From Vairimorpha necatrix (taxonomy: Eukaryota): 64,000 nucleotides of DNA. Position numbers and translations under genes: made by a program. Positions 23,809 to 34,987 of the stretch are shown piece by piece; position 1 is the first letter of the stretch; the number at the start of each line of letters is the position of its first letter. The DNA lies in the NCBI GenBank assembly GCA_036630325.1, contig CP142732.1:496001-560000 (forward strand). Reading direction: 5' to 3'. Under the pieces are notes generated by a model that ran no database searches, was not told where the DNA came from, and saw nothing but the letters and a program-made list of their open reading frames with translations.

Positions 23809-25543
23809 TTTTGTTAGGATTGATTTTTTGTTTTTATTTATTTTCTGATACAAATCAACAAAGATATGGAAAAGTAATATTTTTATTTTATGTTATATTA
23901 GTGATTTATCAATTAAGTTAAGGTATTTATCTAATTTTAATTTTCCCATTTTTTATGTATTTTTATAAATATAAATGACGAAATATTCAAGATAAAACAT
24001 TAATAAACACACCAATAAATTTATAAATGTATGTTTTTTTTGTTTAAAGCTTTGATATTAACTTTTTTTTTGCGGCAAATAAATACAATATAAAAATTCA
24101 TTAGATAGTTTTTTGCGATAAATAATTTAATTAAAAAATTGATTGAAGGACTTAAGATAATCGTGTTGCACCAAACTTTTTGACAATTTTTTGGTGTTAT
24201 GAGTATTTGAAGATTTGTAAATTGTATTATCGTGCATGAAACGTAATGTTTTATAAATTGTTTTAAATGATATGATGGTTAGATAGTTACCACGTCACAA
24301 ACCGATTTTGAGATATATTGTGAAAATACGAGCTTAGTCGGCAATTTTGCTGTTTATATTTTTGTATAGTTTTCAACAATTTTAATTAAAAGTGAGGAGA
24401 AATTCAAAAATTAGAAATTAAAAATATTTTAAAGAAAAATATTTAGACTAAAAAAAATAAAATTGTCTACAGCGTAATTTTAAATACAGAATCTATGTTA
24501 TAGACTGTTGTATAATAGTAAAATAAGATCTAAATTTAAGATATTTATATTAATTATCTTGTAGTACTACAAATACTAAAAATAGGTCTAATATTTATAT
24601 CAAAAGAAATAAATTTTTATATTTAAGATATTGTATAAATAATTGTAACAAACATTTAAAAATTAATTTAATGAACGGTTATATAGATTTTATCAGCATT
24701 TAAGCATATTAGAGGTTCAAATATTTTTATAAAAATTGATAAAAAAGATTTAGAAAAATAAAAATTATAGAGGTAAACAAGTAAGATGGTTCTTGTGTTA
24801 TGACATATTAAATGTACACTATAAGAACGGGGAGTTTAATAACATTTTTAATAAGTTTTGCTTAACATCACTGCGTAGTTTAAGTTTGTTAAAAGCCCCC
24901 TTCATGACCTTGCTACTGGTCTTCTTGTCAGAAGTACAACGAGATGCCCTCAATAGTCTCCTTAATGATCATCGTTTGGATATACGCTTAATTTCGCTCA
25001 GACATTTTTTTTTAATTTTGTATATTCCATGTACTTACAGACTATGAACCTGAGCATTATTTTTTTTTCTTTTTTACCATGTTATTTTTTAAAAGTTAAG
25101 GTTCTTTACTATATATCAATAACTCACACCAATTATAACATAATTTATTTCTTATTTGGTTTCTAACTAGCGTAATGATAAAAAGAGTCTAAATTTACTT
25201 ATATTCCACCGAGTTAACTGTATAACATAATTATATTTTTGTAATATTTTATTTATACTTATTTAACAAAAAAAAAATTGTTAATTATACGGCCTGTTAT
25301 GTGATACAAATTCGTAAACGATATGCAGTTTTTTTCGTTTTGCCAATAAAAAAATAAGGTCTATTGGTCAAGACCATGAGATAAATATGATATTACTTTA
25401 TTTTTGCTGTACTTTAAAATTCGATAACCACATACTATGTTATGTATCCATTTTTTTAAGCTACTGTAAATATAACGATAATCCTATAAGAGGTATAAGC
25501 TTGTAAAAGGCATATCACACAATACAAAAAGTAAATAGGATAT

Positions 25544-26319
25544 GGTGCCTTAGCATAATGGTCGAAAACGATGTGTCCATCGAGCAATGGCTGGGTTCAA
25601 ATCACGACACTAAAGTTGTTTCTACTTTTTATAATGTAGTTGGAACAACTCAGATATAGGAAATGTCTACGATAATCATTAAGTTGATTCAATGAAGCTG
25701 TGTGTTTAGCCACAAGGGGATTAGCATCTAGTGTAGAAACGCACCTCAAGGCCGAAAACAATATCAATCTTGTGGTGACTTAATGGTACTAAAAAAAATC
25801 TGATAGGTATGGGGTAGGTGGACCTCATGGCCGGTGCACTCTAGAGTGGGACCCTAATGCTTACTTAGAGACTGGACGAAGATGGGCAATAGAAGTTCTC
25901 GTGGACCCTACCCTTCAAGATTTTGTAACACGGTACCCGAAACTAGCGGTAGACTGGTGATCAACCTAGCACAATAAAAATGCCGGGCTAGTGGTTTCGA
26001 GGTGTAAGTAGCCGTGTATGGATACAGATAATTGTAGGGACTTTTGAATAGTACGATTATTCTATCCTCGGGTTATAGATACCTATGCCAGTTAAGTATA
26101 TCCGCCATGAGGTCACTATGGATGCGATTTGAGGTATAAATGGAAAATGTTCTCCTGGGGCCAAAATACAAGGTATACGGCAGAGCTTGCTGCACCGCAA
26201 GTTGTATAAGGGAGTTTAGTGAATAAGAATCTCATATTATCAGTTGGATCAAGATCACACTCAAATCCCTCTAATCCCTATGTAAGGTTTCTCCCCACCT
26301 CTACTTGCAAGAAAAAAAA
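25544..26319 (+). mobile_element. Full-length tRNA-headed SINE copy with long TSD
   Basis: GGTGCCTTAGCATAATGG..GGGTTCAAATC head; CTTGCAAG(A)n tail; TSD AAAAAGTAAATAGGATAT (25526-25543) / AAAAAGTAAATTGGAGAC (26315-26332). Confidence 0.9.
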
Positions 26320-27707
26320 GTAAATTGGAGACAGTCTAAGATACATAAAGACTGGTAAAAATTATAACATGAAGTCAATAAAGTAGCAATGTTCTTGGTG
26401 GATCTTCACAAACATGTGTAATATTGGACTTACATTATAGACAGTGTTAAAAAAAATATATTTATCAAAATGGTTCAGAAATGGGTTTCCCAACCTGCAA
26501 TTTAACGTTTAAAGCGTTTGTCTTCCTGATGTATAACATATGTGATTTAGTTATCGAGAACCTCAGAACGCATGCTATTAGAATATTTTTTGATTATGTT
26601 TTTATACAAATAATATGACAGGGGTTGAAACGTATTTCGCTGCCTGGCTGAGATTTTTGACATATGGCGGTCCCAATATCCATTTCAGGTAAATTTTAAC
26701 TTTAAATGTCCTATACCTTTGTGAAATTAAGTTACAACTTTTTACTGTTGTTTTTTTTTTAATATTAGAATGATTTTTAAGGATTTTTTTGTTAAAAATT
26801 GGGACCCTAAAGATTTTTTGCGACTTTTTGATAGCTTTTCAACATCACAAGATTTACAAAATATAACATTTTTACATATATTAAGATTATCATCTCAATT
26901 ATTGCTAAAGTAGTTAATAAGATCTTAATATTAATTCTATTAAATTTTTTTTAGTCTTAAACTATTCACAACAATAATCATCTTCAATACTTTACAAAAC
27001 CACCTAAACTGGAAATATTCAATGAAATTTATTTAATAACACTTAGCCAAAGCAATGATTAAAGCTTTCCATAAGGTCAAAATCAATGGCCAGAAATAAT
27101 TACAGACTTTTTCAATTAGCTACTACATTATATTCATCGATATTTTATGTTGACGAAGTTTAGCTATTCAAAGTTTTTAGATTTCGTATGTTTTTAAGTA
27201 AAGATTGCTTTGTTTTCATTATGACATCTATTGTTAGATTTATTATTATAGAAATCTTTTCTTATAATTTTCCTATAAATTCAAAGAGTAACGAAAAATG
27301 CTTTGTATTTATTTCGCTCTTTAATTCCTAGTTTCCTGATTGAATACCAATATTTATGGGAATTTGATGCTTATCTATCAGCGTAATTCAAAATTATTCT
27401 TGCTATACGCATAATCCGGCGATCGTCTTATATATTATCAATTCTCTTGTAAAATGAACAGATAGCAGATACCTGATTTCAAATGTATCTAATCTTTTTT
27501 ATTTAGATTTATCAAGACTTATCAATTTTTTTTAATAACTTTTATTTAGATTCCTTTTCATTTATTTGATCAGCAATTAATACCCTCTAAAATAAAAATA
27601 TTTTTTTAAATTTTTCACACTTCGACACTCATACTCATCAAAAATTATTTTTCATCATTAGTTCAGTTGTTTTGTCACAAATTTTTTTCTCATCTCACCC
27701 CTTTTAA

Positions 27708-28748
27708 ATGTTTTTATCTTTTGTTCTAGTATCAGCAGTCAGGAAATTTTTTAATATTTCCGAATTGCACACACAACAATATTTTTATTTAGGAATGTAT
27801 GACAATAATCTATTCTCAGATAATTGTAAAATAATGCTCACTGAATATTTTTGCAACGATTTGTCATTTTTTGAAAATCAGAACGAACAAAAATTTGAGT
27901 TATCAAATAAAAATCTCGTTTTTAAAGGGAGAGATTTTTTAAACAGATTTACAAATAAAAAAATAAAAATCATCAAAAGAAAAAGCGAGAAATTGCTTAA
28001 TGATTCATTAGATGTAGCTAAAAAACTAGATGATTTTATTAAAATACATAAAAATATTTTTTCTAAAATTTTATGTGATAAAAAACAAACAATGTATCAA
28101 ATAGAAGCTTACATTTATGATGTTAAAGGTAGACAAATTGCACATATGATAAGTCCATATTTTTTGTTGAATAAAAAAAATGAAATTTATAATTTGCAGA
28201 TTCGAGATAAATCTCAATGGAATGTTGTAAAAAATATCCAATTTTTTTGTGAACCTAAACAACAAGTGGATGATTCCTTGTCCGAATTTGTAGACGAAAA
28301 AGGCGACAAAAATTCATGTGCAAATAAAAATGAAGAGGTTTCGCATAAAAACACACAAGAAGGGCTTAACTCAAAAACGAGAACTAGAAATAATTTATCT
28401 CGTATACACTTTCAAAAAAATAATGAAGATGAAGCAACTGAAACTAAAAATACATCAACGCCAGATAGAAACTTATACTATCCTGTTGATTATATCTTTG
28501 CTACTGCATCAGAAAATAACACAACTCCTATATTAGACAATCAAAAAAATATAAATATCCAAGAAGAGGAAATAAGTGACGAGGGGGTTGCTGAAAACAA
28601 TCCTCCACCTGAAGATGATGAAAATAAGAATAATAGAATACCGCAAAATGAAAAAAGATTCTACAATAATTTTAATTGCTTTATATTAATCTTTATTTGT
28701 GGGGCTACTGTAGTGATTATCTTTATAATAAAAAAAATAAAACAATGA
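27708..28748 (+). CDS. Hypothetical type I membrane or surface protein
   Basis: 346-aa ORF; short N-terminal signal, low-complexity stalk, C-terminal TM followed by KKIKQ; CCC motif upstream. Confidence 0.8.
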   Translation: MFLSFVLVSAVRKFFNISELHTQQYFYLGMYDNNLFSDNCKIMLTEYFCNDLSFFENQNEQKFELSNKNLVFKGRDFLNRFTNKKIKIIKRKSEKLLNDSLDVAKKLDDFIKIHKNIFSKILCDKKQTMYQIEAYIYDVKGRQIAHMISPYFLLNKKNEIYNLQIRDKSQWNVVKNIQFFCEPKQQVDDSLSEFVDEKGDKNSCANKNEEVSHKNTQEGLNSKTRTRNNLSRIHFQKNNEDEATETKNTSTPDRNLYYPVDYIFATASENNTTPILDNQKNINIQEEEISDEGVAENNPPPEDDENKNNRIPQNEKRFYNNFNCFILIFICGATVVIIFIIKKIKQ

Positions 28749-29763
28749 AAAAAAAATTTATTGATTTTTTTTTTGAATTTCTTATTTTGGATTGTTGATA
28801 AATTAAATATTTTTCTCGTAATTCCAAATCATTTTTGATAGGCGTCAAATTCGATTATTTTGTCATGTTGGATATTGTTTAGAATATATTTTTAAAAATT
28901 TAACCCTTAACTTACAATAATCATTAACATAAAAAAAAAATTTTTTCAACAAAAAACAAAATAAGTGGTTGTAAGTTCCATCGAGGCATGAGACGTAAAA
29001 ATGCAGTATAGGTTAGAATGGGATGGTTAGTCGTCTAACAGAAGAGAAGGAGATAACTTGCATCAGTCGAAGGACACGGATAGGCAAAAACTTAGAGGAG
29101 CTATGAAGAAACATTTTTGGACATAAAAAGATCTGGCACAAAACATGTCCAGATGTAGTTTGTGGTACATTCCACTTTTAACAAATAAAGCTATCGTGGC
29201 AAGATATCTGAATCATTATTGCTCAAAAATCTAGAGAAATTTAAAAAAAGAAAAAATAAAAAGAAACTGTGTTGTTGTTGAAGAACGCGATAGAAGGATA
29301 AACATCGGTTCCATTGTTGGGAAGACACATGTAAAAAAAATCATATGCTTATAAACTTTATGTATTACAACGTGGAAAGAAAGTACCGTAAAGACCAATA
29401 CAAGTAGGGTTATTAAGACTTAAAAGCTTAAAGCGCAGCCCACGGCCAATCAACATAAAAATTTACATTTATTTCGAGGGCCAAGTTGTAGACGCACAAT
29501 TAGTAAAGAAAATTACATTACTCAAATTTAGCGCGGGGATGTTGAGAATATGCATATAATAATTAACCCCCTAACTTTTAATTATCTTTACCAGATAAAA
29601 TCAAATTAAGATACCTTTTTTTGATTTTAAATCTCGTTAGATTGCTATAATTGTGCGTTTATAAATGTCATCATGTTTTGACGTGAAGTTTAAATATTTC
29701 ATATTGATTTTATAATTAACAAATTTTTTTTTTTTATTTATTTTATTCTATATTTGACACGAA

Positions 29764-30153
29764 CTATATATTATTATCCATCATAAATTCCACAAACCTA
29801 CTATTTTGCACCAAATTACTAAGATTCTTGTCTCTTATTATATGTTTATCCTTCATAAAAATACATTCTTTATTATAATCAATTATTATTTTATTTACGT
29901 TGTATTTATTAGCCATCATTATAATTAAAAAGATTCTTTTATGTTGTGTCTCTAGTTCAATTAAGTTGTCTACTGGGGGTATATTGTTTTTTATAGTATG
30001 TATAGATGTAATAGTGTTTTTTATAGTATCTAGCGGCATTACTTTGGTTTTTAGCTTACTAATTTTATACGTTAAGAAGACGAATTTACAATCTAGTTCA
30101 CTCATAGTAAACAACATCATTAAAGATTTGCCGAAGAAGAATAGAAAGAGCAT
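29764..30153 (-). CDS. Hypothetical small secreted protein
   Basis: CCC motif (GCCCTCT-ATG); hydrophobic N-terminus; weak similarity to 10608..11027. Confidence 0.6.
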   Translation of the reverse strand: MLFLFFFGKSLMMLFTMSELDCKFVFLTYKISKLKTKVMPLDTIKNTITSIHTIKNNIPPVDNLIELETQHKRIFLIIMMANKYNVNKIIIDYNKECIFMKDKHIIRDKNLSNLVQNSRFVEFMMDNNI

Positions 30154-30937
30154 AGAGGGCTAAAATAATATATTTTTATTTATAGTACTCTAATTTACTC
30201 GTAGAGAAAGAAAAATCATATCATGGAAATTAATACATTATACAGCTAAAAAACAAATTTTAATATAATTTTATATATTATTATATTTATAAATAAAAAT
30301 TATGTGAAGTGTTTGTAACCAGCATATATTTTAACAGGGGAAAATACAGGCAGATCAACTGTGATTTGCATTTTCGAAAGAATTAGTTGTATGTATTCAG
30401 GTCTAATAAAAGACTAGGAAAAAATTTGACAGTTGACGGGTCAAAACTTCAAGACCTAATTATACAATAAAGGCCTGTAGAGATGCTTATTTGACAACTG
30501 TTTTTCAGATGTCAAATTTCTCCAATGTGTCGCCAGCAATTAATTACCATTTACACCCCTGAGGGGATAACATCGAAATAGGAAATAAAACTAAGAAGTC
30601 TTAAAAAAGCAATAAACAATCTACTATTAAATACAATATTATGTCGGTATGCAGAAGCGAGACTCAAAAATAAAATCAGTATAAAATGTTATTATGATTT
30701 CTGATAAATTATATACATTTCTTAGTTTCTTATTTGTACACTATCTCGCACATGCCTAAGAGACTTGTTGTCCTGCAAGTGACAATTTCATTCGAATTTA
30801 TTTTTCAGCATGTTGCCACACATGAACTTGTGCATGTGATCGATAGCGCTAATGAGGTACTAGTTCTATATATGTTCTCCAAAATTAGAAAATAATGCCT
30901 AAAAAGATATAATATCTTAGTAAGACCATTAATGGAC

Positions 30938-31703
30938 TTTTTTCTTTGCAAGTAAAAGGCAGGGAGAAACTTTAATAGGGACTAAAAGGATTTGGGTGTT
31001 TTCCTATCTAACTGGTACTGCGAGATTCTTACTCACTAAAACTCCCTCCATACAACTTGTTTGTCCATACAGTTCCGCCGTATCCATTGGATTTTGGTTC
31101 CAGAAGAACATTTTACATTTATACCCTAAATTGTGTCCGGTGTGATCTCACAGCGATGTGTTAAGCGGGCGTAGTTTGCACGGAGGATAAGCATCATTGT
31201 ACTAACTCAAAGCTCCCCACAATCATTTCTATCGCACACACGGCTCCTCACGCCTCCACATCTCCAGCCCAGTATTTTTATTGGACTGCATTTACAGCAA
31301 TCTCCCACTAGTTTTGGCCATCGTGTCACAATTTCGTGTAGGATAGAGTCCACGCGACATTCTACAGCCCCACTTCATCTAGTCTCTTTTTAACTCTCAG
31401 ATCCTATGCTAAGGCGCACCAGCCATGAGCTTCAACTGAGCTGTACCCATCAGATACTTTTATATATCATTTTTTCATTCAAAAGTGATGCTGTTTTTTC
31501 GGCCTTGAGGTGCGTTTATACACTAGATGCTAATCCTCATATGGCAAAGGGAACAAATTTCATTGAATCTACTTAAAAATTATCAGTTACATTTCTTTTG
31601 AGTTTTTCCAACTGCATTATAGAAAGTAGAAACAATTTTGGTGCATTAAGATTCGATCCATGCTAATGGAAGCATCGTCTTCAAACACTAAGCTAAGGGC
31701 ACT
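30938..31703 (-). mobile_element. Full-length SINE copy (reverse)
   Basis: Reverse strand begins AGTGCCCTTAGCTTAGTG and ends TTACTTGCAAAG(A)n; body collinear with other copies. Confidence 0.88.
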
Positions 31704-32012
31704 TCCGCCAAACTTATGGTCCTTTAGTATTTCTTAATATTTCAAAAAGCGGAAGTTTGTTCAAATGCATCTTCATCTTTGTATTTATATCATTATTTTT
31801 TTCAATATTTATATAAAAGTATCGTTACTTTGTTTTTTCCATACGTTTCCTCCCTTGGTCTTCTTATATAATATCATTCTTTTTTTTAATTTCTTGTTTA
31901 TATCAAAGTATCTATCTTTGTCATTTTTCCCTACATTCTTAAGATGCTTGAAATTTTTCTTTTTTCTTTCCTCATTTTCTTTATGCTTGATTTTTTTTGC
32001 CCTCATTTTTAA

Positions 32013-32384
32013 ATGGCCAAAAAAGTTCAAGAGACCAAAGAAAAGAAAGCTTTAAAAGCCGCCTCAACATCAAAAAAGGAAAAGAAAAAATGGACAGAAA
32101 TAAAAAAGAAAGACGAGGCCCGTAAAGTGTTTACAGTTTCAGATGAGCTTTTACAGAAAGTAGAGAAAGAAGTTAAGAAGATGAAGATTGTTACTATTTT
32201 TTCTTTAGGTAGTAAAATGAATTTGACTTTGAGTGTTTCTAAGAATTTATTGAGACATTGTGTCAATAAAGGGATTATTTCTTTAATACATAAAAGTCAA
32301 CAGACAAGTATTTATGGACAACCAATAGAAGTACAAGCACCTGTAGAGAGTGTAGTACCAGTAGAAGAAGTAGTAACAGAATAA
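32013..32384 (+). CDS. RPS25: 40S ribosomal protein S25 (eS25)
   Basis: Lysine-rich N-terminus with KKKW, then [21 protein letters not shown] winged-helix pattern. Confidence 0.9.
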
Positions 32385-32502
32385 ATTATCTATATTAATT
32401 AATATAAATGTTGAATATTCATTTTTACATATTAATTTTGTTTCATCTTTTGAAACTTCTGTTTCAAGTTTTTCTTTTATATTTTACACTGTAAATTCCC
32501 CT

Positions 32503-32808
32503 ATGGATAATTCTACAGATACTCAAATAATAGAAGATTCTTTAAAGCATGACGATTTACTAAACAGACTTGAGAAATTAAGCGTATTTTTAGACAATTT
32601 AGTAAATCAAATTACTGAAGACGATGTGCCCGAGGAAGATGTCTCCAAGATTGTAGACCATATTAAATTACAGAAGAAGATTTACGAGCAAGCCCACGAG
32701 TTGTACGACTCAGTAAAGGAGGAAGTCTATGACAAAGAAATAGCAGATAAAAATTTAAACAATTTAAAGTCTTCAATTGAGGAATATAAAAAATATAAAG
32801 CAGAATAA
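32503..32808 (+). CDS. Hypothetical coiled-coil protein
   Basis: 101-aa ORF; CCC directly upstream of ATG; AATAAA overlapping the stop. Confidence 0.7.
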   Translation: MDNSTDTQIIEDSLKHDDLLNRLEKLSVFLDNLVNQITEDDVPEEDVSKIVDHIKLQKKIYEQAHELYDSVKEEVYDKEIADKNLNNLKSSIEEYKKYKAE

Positions 32809-33338
32809 AAATAAATGTAAAATGTTTTATTAATTAAATTTATGCATAATATAGTCATTTATTATATATATAAAAAATAAAAAAAAATATGCATAAATAA
32901 TTTATTTCAAGGCAGTAGACAAAAAACATAAACACAAGAATGGAAGCGAGTCTAGGTAAATTACAAGAATACATAAGAAAAAATGAACTTACCACTAAGA
33001 AGCCACAAATAAATCCACTCAATGAGCTTACACAGATCATATGAGACGACACTACACTTCTTGAATTGTTTTTAAACAGGAAATAATAAAAAGGAATATT
33101 CCGCAATATTAATAAGAAAAGAGATACAAACAAAATACAACTTGCTGGCAAACTTTGTTGGTTCTTACAAACCACATCTTCTTCTTATGTAAAGGTCTAA
33201 GAACCTTTTATAACTGATTTTATACGCACATACTTAAGAGCTCTAATTTTAGTCATAAACTGAATCATATACGTGAATTCTCAAGATGACTATTAATCCA
33301 AGCAGACATGACTTCAATATAAAAAATGGCCTATCCAA

Positions 33339-33995
33339 TTTTTTTTGCAAGTTAGCGGCAAGCCCTTGAATGGGGACCAATATGAATTTGCCGATGCTCA
33401 TCCAGCTGGTACTGTTAGATTCTTACTTATAAGACACCATTATATATCAAGCTCCGCCGTATCCATTGGACTTTGGCTCCTGTAGCATATTTTCTATCTA
33501 TACCTCAAATAGCGTCCAGAGTGACCTCACAGCAGATATACTTAATGGATATGATTATCATGAACCCAAGAAACATCGTCGTACTGACTCAAAGAGATAT
33601 AACTCAAATGCACTCACACAAGGCCAAATCACAAGCTCGGTCTTATATTAGGTTGGACTGACCCCTTGTCCCCTTGACCGCCGGGTACAGAAGCTTGTAC
33701 ATAGAGCCATCGTATATACCTCGTGATTCATTTAATTATCACTGGAATTCCCAGAGTGCACTAGCAAATACTTCAAATAATATTCCACAAGAAAATGTCA
33801 ATTTTAGTTTAGACACTTTTGAACTAATGCCAAGTTCTTTATGGCTTAACGAACAATAAAGTAGATCCAAACTAGATATTATCTTAGATTTTATCGCCTG
33901 AGTTGTTCCAACTGCATCATAGAAAATTTTAGGCCCCCGAGATAAACCTGCCAGCTCAATTAGGAGACTCTTGCACTTTTGCTAGGCTGCGCCTC
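33339..33995 (-). mobile_element. Diverged SINE copy (reverse)
   Basis: T-run plus TTGCAAG at 33339; CAAGCTCCGCCGTATCCATTGGACTTTGGCTCC and GAGTTGTTCCAACTGCATCATAGAAA match the reverse complement of 45518-46310. Confidence 0.85.
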
Positions 33996-34215
33996 CGAGA
34001 AAATAAAAGAAGATCATTTCATATGCCGATACAATAGAAGGTAGATATTTTTAAAAAATGTTTATTTTAAACTAGTAGACACAGTTTTTATATTTGATCT
34101 TCTGGCGTCCGTATTGATAGACCTTCTTTATTTTTCTGTAAATAAAGCTCTTATAAAAAAGTCTTAAATAGATCTAATATAAGCTTATAATATAAAATTC
34201 TAAATTAATTGTTGT

Positions 34216-34776
34216 TTATTCCACATTAGTTTTAAATATAAATTTGTACCCTGATATCCTCACCCCTTTATCTTTATCTATTAAATCTTCTGTAGTCTTA
34301 AGTCTCAATATCATATTCTTCCTAGTCACACATTTCTTCTTTACCACTTCCTCTTCTTCTTCTACATTCCCTTTAGTTTTCCTCTGCTCATGAAATAATA
34401 ATAATTCACATGCTAATCCATGTTCTTCTCTCTCATTTGTCTCTTCTAGAGTACTCAGTTCACTCAGACATCTTTCTACATCTTTTTCTAAATCTAAACT
34501 GTCAAGTGTGTGCATAAACATGTAGTCTTCATATAAATAAGGATAGAATATGTGGAAAGATATAAAAATATCATAAGCGTGTTGTAAACTCTCAAATTGT
34601 CTTAGATCTGGATTAGTGAACTGTGTAATATCTTTATTTAAGAAGCCTAGTACTTTTAGTTTTCTATTGTAAATTAGTTCATAGAAATTACCAAATTCCC
34701 TTGTGTCGCCTAATTTATTTAAAATCATCCCATTTGTAAAATATTTTCTCTCGTCTTCTTCAAAATTATTTTTCAT
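34216..34776 (-). CDS. Putative GLTSCR1/BICRA-domain protein
   Basis: NPDLRQFESLQHAYDIFISFHIF resembles the GLTSCR1 motif PDY..PF.SL.DA..RLLPYHV; GGG motif upstream. Confidence 0.5.
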   Translation of the reverse strand: MKNNFEEDERKYFTNGMILNKLGDTREFGNFYELIYNRKLKVLGFLNKDITQFTNPDLRQFESLQHAYDIFISFHIFYPYLYEDYMFMHTLDSLDLEKDVERCLSELSTLEETNEREEHGLACELLLFHEQRKTKGNVEEEEEVVKKKCVTRKNMILRLKTTEDLIDKDKGVRISGYKFIFKTNVE

Positions 34777-34987
34777 ATTTTTTAACCCCTAAAAAATGAA
34801 AAAATAAATAATTTTAAAAAAAAAACCAAAATTTACCCTAAAAAAAATATCCTTAAAAAAAGGATCTATCATTGTAAAATAATATATTATATATTTTATT
34901 ATGTACCATATATATAATAATTATAATAATCAGATTACACATAATTACTTTATTCTATAAAATATTTTATATTTATTAGATCACTTT

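Noticed and set aside
26617-26635. CAGGGGTTGAAA resembling the Tc1 TIR
   Set aside because: No partner TIR or transposase trace identified, and it is not flanked by TA.
28980-29340. Possible very old SINE copy (a similar case lies at ~56950-57100)
   Set aside because: Only scattered short matches; needs an alignment to support.
31765-32055. Low-complexity ORFs on both strands upstream of RPS25
   Set aside because: Compositionally biased with no recognisable motifs. A small minus-strand basic protein starting at 32008 cannot be fully excluded.
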